A stretch of DNA of 64,000 nt, from assembly GCA_041671225.1 (NCBI GenBank), contig JBAZBY010000001.1, positions 961,130 through 1,025,129 on the forward strand. The letters are read 5' to 3'. The stretch is from Patescibacteria group bacterium. Lineage in GTDB: Bacteria > Patescibacteriota > Patescibacteriia > JBAZBY01. The notes under the pieces were generated by a model. The model saw only the letters and a program-made list of their open reading frames with translations. It was not told where the DNA came from and ran no database searches. Position numbers and translations under genes: made by a program. Below, one piece after another: positions 44,325 to 53,986 of the stretch. Numbering within the stretch: the first letter of the stretch is position 1; every line of letters begins with the position of its first letter.

Positions 44325-47300
44325 TTATGGAACCTGTTCTATATGCTCCGTTGGAGGCTTGGTGTCGCCGCCAGAACTATTTGTATTTGTCGTGCAAGCA
44401 CCTCCAGCAGTACAGGTCTCACCAATTTGGCATTCATATCCGCACATCGTGCAATTCAATACAAGTGTCCCGCCATCACACAAATAGCCATCTACATTAC
44501 AGGTATTCAGCGCTGTTCCGTCAGTGCATTCCCCCGCGGAAAAACATCCGAGCTGACCTACATCACAGGTATGGAAGGTAAAGGGTCCATAGAGGCGCAT
44601 ATTTCCATCAGCATCCTGGAGGCGAATTGTGTAGATGTAATCGGTATCGAACGTCAACCCGGTAATCTGATAGCTATGACTTGTTGCAAATTCGGGGCTG
44701 GTTATTACGCTTGAAGGAGGATTAATCGTTCCCCAGCTCACCACTGCTTCTGCGCTTTCATCTGACTGGAATGATATTGTTGTACTGCAGCCTACTGATC
44801 CACAATATATTCCAGCAAAGGGACTAATAAGTACCGGCGGTTCTGTATCGCCTGTGACCGGCTGTTCACAATCAATAGCATGCGTTAGCAACGCATCCGT
44901 GTACGGGATGCCGGCGGTGTCATAGTAGTACCTTGCGATTGATCCAGACGGTACAACAGTTTCTGGTACGCAGAGTGAAAAGTCATAGTTCCCTTCTGGC
45001 CCGACGAATGTGGCACTTATAGTACGCGCTGGGAACGTTGCTGCATCAAAGCCATTTTGCCACATGACGAGCGAAAAAGCGTCTCCAAGAGAACCCTGAA
45101 CTGTTTCGCCTTGTGCCCATTCATTATTCGCAGGGTAAAGCGTTCCCATACCCTGTGCGTTTCGGACAAAGTCATAGCCATGATCAACATCAAGACCTGT
45201 GCTCGGGCTGATACTGGCATTTGTCACCTGCAACGGAACGAGTGCATCTGCCAGCAGCTCACCACACGATGCAATGGTTGCCATTTGAGTGAGCAATACA
45301 TCCGTGTACGGTGTGCCACGAGCATCAAAGTAGTACCTTATGGTTTCGCCATACGGAACAAGAGTCTCCGGGATACAGAGCGGGAGATTAAATGCACCGT
45401 CTGGACCGACGAACGAGGCATTCAGAACCCGTGCCGGTAATGCCATCGGTTCAAAGCCATTTTGCCACATGACGAGCGAGAGCGGATCAGCAGTGGTGCT
45501 TGGAACTGTCTCACCCTGAGCCCACTCATTATTCAACGGATACAGCGTTCCCATACCCTGTGCGTTTCGGACAAAATCATAACCAAAGTCCTGGCTGAAT
45601 GTATCAATAACAGCGCTGATGCTCATATTTGTTACCTGAAGTGGAACAAGTGCATCTGCCAGAAGCTCATCGCACGGCGCAGTCGTTGCCATCTGGGTAA
45701 GCAGCGCATCTGTATATGGGGTGCCGTTGGTGTCGTAGTAGTAGACAGGGTTCGTCGCGTCTGGTTCATCGCTCACAACCGTCTCCGGCATGCAGAAGGT
45801 ATGGGTGCCGAGGTCGCTCTCGAGAGAGAATATATTTGCCGGAAGCGTGTATACACCACCGTCAAATGCCTCAAAGGTGAGGGCAAGCGGGATGGTGCTG
45901 CCAGCAAACGGCAACTCGCTGCTATTATTGAAGGTTGTGCTGCTGGCAGAGAACCCGCCGAGGAGGACGTCGTGGCGCCGGAAATCCAAACTCACATGAT
46001 CCACTTCCGCATTAAGGACGCCATTGGTGAGATCGGTGGGGATGTAGGCATTCGCAAGAAGGTCATCGCAGTCTGCGGTCGTGGCACGCTGGGTCAGCAA
46101 TACATCTGTGTACGGGGTGCCAGTGGTATCGTAGTAGTAGACAGGGTTCGTCGCGTCTGGTTCATCGCTCACAACCGTCTCCGGCATGCAGAAGGTATGG
46201 GTGCCGAGGTCGCTCTCGAGAGTAAACGTATTTGCCGGAAGCGTGTATACACCACCGTCAAATGCCTCAAAGGTGAGGGAGAGCGGGATGGTGCTGCCAG
46301 CAAACGGCAACTCGCTGCTATTATTGAAGGTTGTGCTGCTGGCAGAGAACCCGCCGAGGAGGACGTCGTGGCGCCGGAAATCCAGACTCACATGATTTAC
46401 TTCCGCATTGAGGACGCCATTGGTGAGGTCGGTGGGGCGGTAAGCATTCGCAAGAAGTTCGTTGCACGGCTTGGTCGTCGCCATCTGGGTAAGCAACGCA
46501 TCTGTATATGGGGTGCCGTTCGTGTCGTAGAAATAATGCAACCCATTTGATCCATCATAATTATCCCACGCAAAGTCAGGTACGTCGGAATCTGGAATGC
46601 AGAGATCAATGGCTCCCTGATCCGTTTCCAAGGTAAAGACATTTCCTGGAAAATGCGTTTCTCCTTGTGATGCCAGAATCATGTACAACGTCGATGTCGT
46701 CGGCGTATCTTGCAATGCACTTCCGGCACTGAACGAGTTTGTATTCGTGTCATACAAGGCCATCGTCGACATGAAACGCCGGAAAATCAACGAGAAGGGG
46801 TGAACCGTGGATGGCATTTCCACCAGATACTCTTTATCTGACGGGACAACGGGAACAGCTGGTGCCTCAGGAATCTCATTCACGAAACTTCCGGCAAGTA
46901 GTCCACCGGTCAACGCTGATGGACTGAATGACTTTGTCGCTGTCGTTCTGCAATCACCCGGATTCACCTTCTGCCGCAGACCCCGGTCAGCGTATGTATT
47001 CCCATACCTGTCCACCCAATACCGATATGGCTGCGTAATCGGTTCTATCGAAAATGGCGTTTGCGCATTCGCCGTTGGTATACCAAAAAGGGACTCTGTG
47101 GCGGATGTGCCTTTCGTAAGGGCCACATACTCCCGGGAAGAAGGAATACAGACGATGAATCCGGCTGTGCTGTTAGATAGAGTGAGATTGATTGCCGCAT
47201 GCTCTGTGTAAGTTTCAACATAGAGTGGCAGTGCTGTTGGTGAAGAGCCATCATATGTTTCTGTATTATCCGGAAAGGACCATACGCCAAATTCTACAGG

Positions 47301-47582
47301 ATTATCTAAACTTCCCGTCCATCCCTGGTACTTCAGAGTAATGCCCAGGTCTGACGTAACCGGCACAGAGAGATCCAGATCCGTGATGCGCATCGGGATG
47401 TTTTGTGGCTGCCAGGGCAGCTTCGGCAATTTCTTTATCGGGATTGCACCAATTCCCATTGCAAGCCCTGCGCCGCCGAGGAATGCGCCGAGCATCATAA
47501 CGGACACAAGTATGCGCTGTGCAACAGGAAGGCCGGTCTTGACCTCAATGCTAGTATCCTGCTGGAGTATTTGATTTGCCAT
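44325..47582 (-). CDS. Large secreted/anchored protein with at least four ~130-aa tandem repeats (YYYDT(N/T)GTPYTD(A/V)LLTQ...) and a Cys-rich C-terminal knot
   Basis: N-terminal TM anchor. Two near-identical 132-aa repeats plus two diverged copies. C-terminal CNVDGYLCDGGTLVLNCTMCGYECQIGETCTAGGAC. Confidence 0.6.
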   Translation of the reverse strand: MANQILQQDTSIEVKTGLPVAQRILVSVMMLGAFLGGAGLAMGIGAIPIKKLPKLPWQPQNIPMRITDLDLSVPVTSDLGITLKYQGWTGSLDNPVEFGVWSFPDNTETYDGSSPTALPLYVETYTEHAAINLTLSNSTAGFIVCIPSSREYVALTKGTSATESLFGIPTANAQTPFSIEPITQPYRYWVDRYGNTYADRGLRQKVNPGDCRTTATKSFSPSALTGGLLAGSFVNEIPEAPAVPVVPSDKEYLVEMPSTVHPFSLIFRRFMSTMALYDTNTNSFSAGSALQDTPTTSTLYMILASQGETHFPGNVFTLETDQGAIDLCIPDSDVPDFAWDNYDGSNGLHYFYDTNGTPYTDALLTQMATTKPCNELLANAYRPTDLTNGVLNAEVNHVSLDFRRHDVLLGGFSASSTTFNNSSELPFAGSTIPLSLTFEAFDGGVYTLPANTFTLESDLGTHTFCMPETVVSDEPDATNPVYYYDTTGTPYTDVLLTQRATTADCDDLLANAYIPTDLTNGVLNAEVDHVSLDFRRHDVLLGGFSASSTTFNNSSELPFAGSTIPLALTFEAFDGGVYTLPANIFSLESDLGTHTFCMPETVVSDEPDATNPVYYYDTNGTPYTDALLTQMATTAPCDELLADALVPLQVTNMSISAVIDTFSQDFGYDFVRNAQGMGTLYPLNNEWAQGETVPSTTADPLSLVMWQNGFEPMALPARVLNASFVGPDGAFNLPLCIPETLVPYGETIRYYFDARGTPYTDVLLTQMATIASCGELLADALVPLQVTNASISPSTGLDVDHGYDFVRNAQGMGTLYPANNEWAQGETVQGSLGDAFSLVMWQNGFDAATFPARTISATFVGPEGNYDFSLCVPETVVPSGSIARYYYDTAGIPYTDALLTHAIDCEQPVTGDTEPPVLISPFAGIYCGSVGCSTTISFQSDESAEAVVSWGTINPPSSVITSPEFATSHSYQITGLTFDTDYIYTIRLQDADGNMRLYGPFTFHTCDVGQLGCFSAGECTDGTALNTCNVDGYLCDGGTLVLNCTMCGYECQIGETCTAGGACTTNTNSSGGDTKPPTEHIEQVP
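45700..46491. repeat. Near-identical 396-bp tandem duplication inside CDS 44325..47582
   Basis: Plus-strand shadow ORFs 45790..45999 and 46186..46395 encode almost identical 69-aa peptides offset by exactly 396 nt. Confidence 0.8.
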
Positions 47583-47827
47583 ATATTATAAAGACAACAA
47601 CGCCGCTAAAACGGCGCTGCGATGATTAATATAAATTGTATGATCCACGTGAAATACGATGAATCGTTTTTGTTTTACGACATAAATCATTATAGCATAT
47701 TTCTCTTGCCAAGACAAGTGGCGAAGGCCTGGCAGGCCCGCCCGCCTCGCAAGCGAAGCGTTGCGGGCAGATGGTTTTGTTTTTTTGGATACGAAAGCGT
47801 GCCCGTCGCAGAAGCGAACGGGCACGG

Positions 47828-48466
47828 CTAGAGAGCGGGTTTTACGCTAAAGGTATTGAGTTCCTTCAGCGCGACGAGAACTGTCCGGACGGCGATCCTG
47901 CCAACGAGCGTCACGATCACGAGGCTCAGGGCTGGGTCCAGGAACCACCAGTCGGTAAGAAGTATCGCTGCATTGGAGATGATCGCGATTACTGAGGTAA
48001 GACCGTCCGTGAGAACGTGCAGCCGTGCCATGCGCACGTTGAGATTCGCATGGCCTGCGCGGTGCAGCACTGCATAGATGCCGATGTTCGCAACGAGCCC
48101 GAGGCTCGCAGTCCACAGCGCCGGTGCGGCGATTACATCCCGCGGATGCAGGAAGCGTGCAGCGGTCTCCATCAACACATAGAGCATGACGAGAATGAGC
48201 AAAGCGCCGTTCACGAGGCAGCCGATGAGATCAGCGCGCGTGTTGCCGTTCACGCGGGTCGTACCGTTGCCGACGTGCGCAGCGAGTGCCGCGATCATGA
48301 GCGCGAGCGTATCCACCAGCATGTGGCCGGCATCCGCACGCAGTGCGATGCTTCCGCTCACATAACTCACGACCGCTTCCGCAAGGAAGACTGCGCCATA
48401 CAGCATACACGCAATGAGGAGCTGCCGGCTCCCCCGCGCGTACACGACGTGCAGGTGCTCCGACAT
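47828..48466 (-). CDS. Cation diffusion facilitator (CDF) family transporter, transmembrane domain only
   Basis: HMLVDTLALMIAALAAHV and LHVLTDGLTSVIAII (CDF signature H/D residues in TM2/TM5). Lacks the cytoplasmic C-terminal domain. Confidence 0.6.
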   Translation of the reverse strand: MSEHLHVVYARGSRQLLIACMLYGAVFLAEAVVSYVSGSIALRADAGHMLVDTLALMIAALAAHVGNGTTRVNGNTRADLIGCLVNGALLILVMLYVLMETAARFLHPRDVIAAPALWTASLGLVANIGIYAVLHRAGHANLNVRMARLHVLTDGLTSVIAIISNAAILLTDWWFLDPALSLVIVTLVGRIAVRTVLVALKELNTFSVKPAL

Positions 48467-48545
48467 GTTTCCTCCGGTGCATATAGCACAGAAAAGAGCG
48501 CCTCTGTCTTAGCACAGGCGCAGCAAGAGGGCAAGGCCCTTACGT

Positions 48546-49757
48546 CTACTTTTTCCCGAACAAGCGCCGGAAGGAAAGCCGCTCTGTATACTCCAGGGAA
48601 CCAAGCTCAAAAAGTTTGAACGCGAGCCAAAATCCACCGGCAACGTATGCAGCGACCGCGACCGCACCAAGCGCCAAGCCGAGCGGAGAGATGGCATCCA
48701 GCGCGTTACGGAAGAGTAATATCAGCGGCGCGGTGAACGGGAAGTAGCTCACGATCTGCGCAATGGTGCCGCTGGGGTCCGCAAGCAGTATGGTGACGAA
48801 ATAGATGGGAAACACGGTGAGGATGATGAACACCGAGGAAAGCTGCTGCGCTTCCTTATATGACGGCACGGCAGAACCCACGCCCACCATGATGGCGGCG
48901 ATGAACAAAAAGCCGGCAAGGATGAAGTACAGTGCATAGAGCACCTGCACCGGATCCACAGTTATCTGCGAAAGGTCGATGGGGAGGTCGATGCGCGACG
49001 CCGCGACCGCAATGATCGCGCCGAACAAAGCGCTCAAGATAGCGATCTGCGTCAGCGCAACGCCGGAAAGCCCCAGAATCTTCCCCCAAATGAGCTGCCG
49101 CGGCGTTACCACGGAAAGCATGGTCTCTATCATGCGGTTCTCCTTTTCTTCAGAAACAGAAAGCAGCATGGAGCTGGATGCAAGGATGACCAGCAAGAAG
49201 AATAGTGCGATGGATGCAATGGGGACCACGAAATTCTCAAACCGCATATCAACAAGCGCGCCGTTTTTATACAACTTTTCATCAACTTTCAACGTGCTGT
49301 TATACAGCGCACGCGCGTCCGGGTCCGGAACGGTCGCCAAGATGCTCTGCTTCACCAGGTTCCGCGCTGCATCATTGTATTGCCCGCGCGTGATGATGCC
49401 GTTATCCTGCGCATACACCGTTATGGATTTGCTCTGTGCCAGGTCCTCCGGGAAGCTCATCAGCACGTCCGCCCTGTTCTGCTGCACCTGAGCGAGCGCT
49501 TCGGCCTCATCGGCCGTTCGCTGGAATGGCGGCTGGAGCGGCAGCGTCACTTTTCCGGACGGGTCATAGACAAAGATGATCTTTGCGCGCGTCGCGGCCT
49601 CTTGGATCTTCTTCTCGACCGAGGTTGCAGAAAGCCCCTGGATCGCCATGATCACCATCAAGAAAACGGGCAGCAGAAGCGTGGTGAACCAGAAGGTCTT
49701 GCTGCGCACGACCTTCACGTATTCCCGCTTTGCTATCGTTGTGATGTTATGTTCCAT
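48546..49757 (-). CDS. ABC-2 type exporter permease
   Basis: N-terminal TM, large extracytoplasmic loop, 5 C-terminal TM helices (ABC2_membrane_3-like). 11-bp overlap with the upstream ATPase gene. Confidence 0.75.
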   Translation of the reverse strand: MEHNITTIAKREYVKVVRSKTFWFTTLLLPVFLMVIMAIQGLSATSVEKKIQEAATRAKIIFVYDPSGKVTLPLQPPFQRTADEAEALAQVQQNRADVLMSFPEDLAQSKSITVYAQDNGIITRGQYNDAARNLVKQSILATVPDPDARALYNSTLKVDEKLYKNGALVDMRFENFVVPIASIALFFLLVILASSSMLLSVSEEKENRMIETMLSVVTPRQLIWGKILGLSGVALTQIAILSALFGAIIAVAASRIDLPIDLSQITVDPVQVLYALYFILAGFLFIAAIMVGVGSAVPSYKEAQQLSSVFIILTVFPIYFVTILLADPSGTIAQIVSYFPFTAPLILLFRNALDAISPLGLALGAVAVAAYVAGGFWLAFKLFELGSLEYTERLSFRRLFGKK

Positions 49758-50652
49758 GGTTTCGTGAAATCTGTACGAAGATATCCTGCAAAGACGGCGC
49801 TGTGCGCGCAAAGGACTGCAGCTTCACGTTGTCTGCAAGAAGCGCGGCAAGCACGGCATCCGTCTCGATCCCATCGCGCGGCACCAGCACGGCGGTGTTG
49901 CGCTCGCGGCGGCTCACGGAAAAAAGCTCCGGATGTTCCTTCAGCGTGCCGGTGAATTCCAGCTGGATGGTGTTCTGCCCGAACTGGTTGCGCACGTCTT
50001 CCACGCCGCCATACAGCGCGGCAGTGCCGTCCTTCAGCATGAGCAAACGGTCCGCGATCCTTTCCACTTCATCCATCTGATGCGTGATGAAGATGATGGT
50101 CGCGCCTGCGCGGTTCCGTTCCATCAGCATCTCCATGAGCAAGTCGCGGTTCACCGGATCAAAACCCTTCGTCGGTTCATCCAATATCAAGAGCTCCGGA
50201 TCGCCGATCATGGTCATGCCCAACTGTATCTTCTGCTGCTGCCCGGATGACAGCCGCTTGATCTCATCCTGCGCTTTTCCGGCGAGTTCCACGCGGTCCA
50301 GATATGCGCGGGACCATGCCTCCGCTTCCGCACGCGGCAAGCCCTTGAGCATGCCGATATACACGATGGTCTCCAGCACGTGCGACGTGGTATACAGCCC
50401 GCGTTCTTCCGGCAAGTACCCGAGCATGCGGGACAATGCCGGCGCATACGGCTTGCCAAGGACGTGCAATGTGCCGCTGTTCGCATGGTAAATGCCCAGC
50501 AGGCACCGGATGGTGGTGGTCTTCCCTGAGCCGTTGGCGCCGAGCAAAGCGAAGATCTCCCCTTTCTGCACATCAAAGGAAAGGTCGCGCACCACCTTGT
50601 GCTCACCGAATGCCTTTGCAAAATGTTCGACGTGGATGACGGGTTCCTGCAT
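49747..50652 (-). CDS. ABC transporter ATP-binding protein
   Basis: Walker A LGANGSGKTTT, signature LSSGQQQK, Walker B LLILDEPT. Start moved to MQEPVIHV; the 79 upstream codons in the track ORF lie in AT-rich promoter DNA. Confidence 0.85.
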   Translation of the reverse strand: MQEPVIHVEHFAKAFGEHKVVRDLSFDVQKGEIFALLGANGSGKTTTIRCLLGIYHANSGTLHVLGKPYAPALSRMLGYLPEERGLYTTSHVLETIVYIGMLKGLPRAEAEAWSRAYLDRVELAGKAQDEIKRLSSGQQQKIQLGMTMIGDPELLILDEPTKGFDPVNRDLLMEMLMERNRAGATIIFITHQMDEVERIADRLLMLKDGTAALYGGVEDVRNQFGQNTIQLEFTGTLKEHPELFSVSRRERNTAVLVPRDGIETDAVLAALLADNVKLQSFARTAPSLQDIFVQISRNHGT

Positions 50653-50715
50653 AACAAAAATACCTAAGATATATGCAATTGTACTATATTTCCTTTGTTT
50701 TGCATATATATGAAC

Positions 50716-50744
50716 TTGACAGAAATACATAGATATGGTATGAT
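50716..50744 (+). promoter_or_regulatory. Near-consensus sigma70 promoter P1 (TTGACA-17-TATGAT) at the island edge
   Basis: TTGACA 50716..50721, 17-nt spacer, TATGAT 50739..50744. Confidence 0.55.
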
Positions 50745-50820
50745 GCTCGGTTACACTGAAATGGGGGGAAATAGTGCTGGTTGAATACCTGTCAGCATCT
50801 ATTGTTCTATCTCCAAGAAC

Positions 50821-50849
50821 TTGACAAATTGGTGATAAAGTGGTATTAT
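50821..50849 (+). promoter_or_regulatory. Near-consensus sigma70 promoter P2 (TTGACA-17-TATTAT)
   Basis: TTGACA 50821..50826, 17-nt spacer, TATTAT 50844..50849. About 25 nt upstream of the first copy of the conserved island leader element. Confidence 0.55.
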
Positions 50850-50873
50850 ATGCTGTTACGGTAAAAGACCGCT

Positions 50874-50950
50874 CATTACAAGAAAGCATTTCAGCGAGGA
50901 ATCTACGGTATCACACCTTGTGTGGGGTACTGTGGATCCCTCGCTGATCA
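50874..50950 (+). repeat. Island leader element copy 1: CATTACAA-N8-TTCAGCGAGGA-[37-nt loop]-TCCCTCGCTGA
   Basis: Seen directly. The same architecture recurs at 51642..51720, 52498..52592, 53754..53835, 54908..55047, 56146..56230, 57199..57264 and 58205..58290. Confidence 0.6.
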
Positions 50951-51051
50951 AAAGGCGAGACAACGCATCGGCAAATACGCCGATGTAACACCCCCCTACG
51001 GTTTAACCCCGTAGCGTTGTACCAGAACGAAATCTGGTAGAGGCAATAACG

Positions 51052-51423
51052 ATGCGTATCAACGAGCTTCTCCTGGTCGATCCCGAGTCCAACTGCACGC
51101 AACCAACAGTACCCGTCCCAGAAGGGAAAAATCACTACGCATTCCAGGTCGCCATAATCCGTCAGGACGACGGTTCCTATACTTGGCGCGGACAAAGCCA
51201 GTATCTGCCCAAGGGGGTTTTGATGGGATTCGCCCTCATCCACTTCGTCGGCGATGATGATGAGAAAGATGAAATCCCACTCGATATCAACCCCGTAGCG
51301 GTTGAGATGCTGGGAATCCATGGAGCCACTTTTCGTGGGTGGACGTGGGATAACCACTACGTCGACTGGGCGGTAAGTAACATGGGTCGCGTTTTTGCAG
51401 CCCAGTTCTCTCACCTCGCCTAA
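51052..51423 (+). CDS. Hypothetical protein (island gene 1)
   Basis: 123-aa ORF with GC-rich codon usage, preceded by a ~100-nt structured leader. No family recognised. Confidence 0.45.
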   Translation: MRINELLLVDPESNCTQPTVPVPEGKNHYAFQVAIIRQDDGSYTWRGQSQYLPKGVLMGFALIHFVGDDDEKDEIPLDINPVAVEMLGIHGATFRGWTWDNHYVDWAVSNMGRVFAAQFSHLA

Positions 51424-51641
51424 CTCCTCACTCGTTCACTCTTCGCCGAAGACACGGCCTAGAGCCCCACCCTGGGGATCAAGGGGAGGCTGGCATGAGC
51501 CCGCAGCCGATGCGTCGCAGCATACACGACGCAAAGTGGAGCACCACACGGGCAACGTTCTTCGGGAGAGACGCACAATGCTTCGGCAACGTGCGTCTCC
51601 CCTTCACCTGAGTTAATCACGCACTGTGGTTGGTTCAGAAG

Positions 51642-51720
51642 AAGGTGTTCATTACAACAATTTCAGCGAGGAATCTACGGTATCACGCCTTGTGCGGGGT
51701 ACTGTGGATCCCTCACTGAA
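51642..51720 (+). repeat. Island leader element copy 2 (GGTTCAGAAGAAGGTGTTCATTACAA...TTTCAGCGAGGA...CCCTCACTGAA)
   Basis: ~90 % identical to copy 1 over the hairpin. Lies in the 1.2-kb gap between island genes 1 and 2. Confidence 0.6.
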
Positions 51721-52610
51721 GCTCCTAACAATCAATACGTCAGCGAAGGAAACGAGGGGGTGAGTCCCTCCACTCTCCCCCTCTTTCCCCTCGCTGGCAA
51801 TAACGTTTAGCGAGGCTCCGGCATCCGTCCACAGGATTGATGCCAAGTCCAAGGAGGGCTCCGATGGAAAAGAAGCAGCCCACAAGCAGCACCAAGAAGG
51901 CCCCAGACGGTTACCGCCACCTGACCCGCGCGGAGGCCGATGCCATCTGGCGTCGGGCATTCTGGCTCGCTTGGACCTCGCGGTACTAGCGAAGTTCTCG
52001 AGGGAAAGCTCTCACAACAATTGTCCTTTGGCATCTGGCGCGGCAAGCAAAACCCGCGCCTCCCTCTCCAGCACAGAAGACTTCTGTTCTGAAGAGGGAT
52101 TCTCCTACGCCCCGTCTTCGCAAAGCTTTGACGGGCTACGGCGAACAAGTGCTCATTCTCAATCTTATGAGGGAGCGGAAACGGCGGTTCAAGAATTAAG
52201 CCTCCTCGGCCGCACGCCCGCTCCCTCACCCCCCAATGATCCTGCAACCGCAGAATCAACAGTCCCCATGGGGAACGGCATACGAGGTGGATAAGTGAAT
52301 GCTCTTCACGCCCCTCGAAACCGTTCCCCAAAACTTTCGCTCGCACTGTTATGGAGGGGGATGCCGAAACGGCTTTTTGCCGCACGGCTCACGGCAACAG
52401 GAGCAGACAGCCTGGTTCACACTCGGCTGCCCGCCTCCGACTGCCACGCGGGAATGTGCATTCGTGCACCAACTCCCGCATCACCTCCAGAACAGTCCGT
52501 ACGAAGAAGGTTCATTACAATATGATGGTTTGTACCACGACCCTTATAAGAGGATGCTTCACGTCCTTTCATAAGGGTCGTATGGTACGACTTCTGGCGA
52601 TCACCGGCCG

Positions 52611-53207
52611 ATGGTGAAAAAGGAACGGCAATCCGTGAAAAAAAAGATCGTGTTGGCCGGTCCACCTCGGTCCGGCAAGTCCTGTATGCGTGAGGGGTTG
52701 AAACAAGCCCTTTTCACAATCCCCGGCTCGCCGTATCCGTATGTGATTACGGCCTGCCCGGACGGTGAAGGGGCGTGGTTCCAGGAAACTGTGAACAACA
52801 ACCCCGAGCTTGCGGCGGCGTGCAAGGCGGCCTACAAAGCCAAGTTCACGCCGGAGTTCGTCGAGCGCATCAAGACTTCGGTCGAGAGGTGCTCACTCGA
52901 GCTCACGCTCGTGGACATCGGGGGCATCACCTCCGTTGAAAACGAGCAGATCTGCGCCGCGGCGACGCACATCGTCATCCTCGCGGGTGACATGAGCAAG
53001 GTCGCCGAGTGGCGCACGTTCGCGGCAAAGCTCGGGCTTACCGTGGTTGCGGAAATCCATTCCGACTACCACGGAACCGAGGACACCGTTGAGCGCGTTA
53101 GCTCTGACGGAATCCTCCGGGGGTCCGTGCATCACCTCGAACGGGGTGAGCAAATTGCGGATCGTCCGATGATCCGCGCACTCGCCGAGCATCTCCTCTC
53201 CATCTGA
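52611..53207 (+). CDS. P-loop NTPase / small kinase-like protein (island gene 2)
   Basis: Walker A IVLAGPPRSGKSC. LVDIGG (Walker B / switch-II-like). ~190 aa. Alternative GTG start at 52635 has a better RBS. Confidence 0.5.
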   Translation: MVKKERQSVKKKIVLAGPPRSGKSCMREGLKQALFTIPGSPYPYVITACPDGEGAWFQETVNNNPELAAACKAAYKAKFTPEFVERIKTSVERCSLELTLVDIGGITSVENEQICAAATHIVILAGDMSKVAEWRTFAAKLGLTVVAEIHSDYHGTEDTVERVSSDGILRGSVHHLERGEQIADRPMIRALAEHLLSI

Positions 53208-53285
53208 GTTTCTGAAGGAGGGCAACACCTACCCTCTCAACCCGACACACGCCGGCTCAAGGTGAAGCTGGCACTGGAGGGCAAC

Positions 53286-53630
53286 ATGCCCGTGTACAAG
53301 ATCGACCGAGTCGCCGTAACCGCCACCTCTGCAGCCGTCCCCGCCGACCTGTTCAAGGTAGGCTTCGGGGACCCCGCCCAGAACGATGCCATCGTTCGGG
53401 CGGCCGAAATCCGCATCCCCGAGCTCGGCGAGCTCGGTGGCGAGCTGGCCCTCATCAACGGGCCGGCCAGCCTCCCCGTGGCGGTGGTCATCGCCCACCG
53501 TCTACTCCACGCCTACGGCGCCATCGGGGTCTTCGACCCCAAGATGAGCGCCTACGTGGTTGCGGCGGCCCACGGCGACAAGTTCGCTGTGGGGGACCTG
53601 ATCCCCGCCGAAACCGTCGTCGAGTCGTAG
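53286..53630 (+). CDS. Hypothetical small protein (island gene 3), probably co-transcribed with the P-loop gene
   Basis: GGAGGG 6 nt upstream of ATG 53286. 114 aa with no recognisable family. Only 55 nt after gene 2 and no leader element between them. Confidence 0.45.
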   Translation: MPVYKIDRVAVTATSAAVPADLFKVGFGDPAQNDAIVRAAEIRIPELGELGGELALINGPASLPVAVVIAHRLLHAYGAIGVFDPKMSAYVVAAAHGDKFAVGDLIPAETVVES

Positions 53631-53753
53631 ACGACCATCGTTCACCTCTCCTAACCTAGCATCCGCTGGGTGGCAGATAGGAGATTCGTCCTTTCCGGAG
53701 CGCAATCTGCCTGCGCTCCGACTTTCCGAGCACATCACAATACTCGTGGTGCG

Positions 53754-53835
53754 TTCAGAAGGTTAAAATGTTCATTACAACTATTCAGCGAGGAAATCTG
53801 TTGTGCTATATGCACGATGGGTTTCCTCGCTGAAG
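53754..53835 (+). repeat. Island leader element copy 4
   Basis: GTTCAGAAGGTTAAAATGTTCATTACAACTATTCAGCGAGGA-[loop with GTGCtatatGCAC]-CCTCGCTGAAG. Confidence 0.6.
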
Positions 53836-53986
53836 TTCGTCGGCTCCGGTGAGGTTTGCCCCGTTCCGAGGGGATTGCGCGACGCAATGCACTGCCCCGC
53901 TTGCAGGGGATTGAGAATGGAGGGCTTCACGCCCGCAATTACCCTACACAGGTGCTCTAGAAAATGAGCACGGAAAGAGAACGGAC

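Noticed and set aside
51864-51989. 42-codon ORF with a strong SD inside the island gap, as a confident gene call
   Set aside because: The RBS is good, but the ORF is short, has no recognisable motif and no conservation evidence. It is mentioned as a finding, not annotated as a feature.
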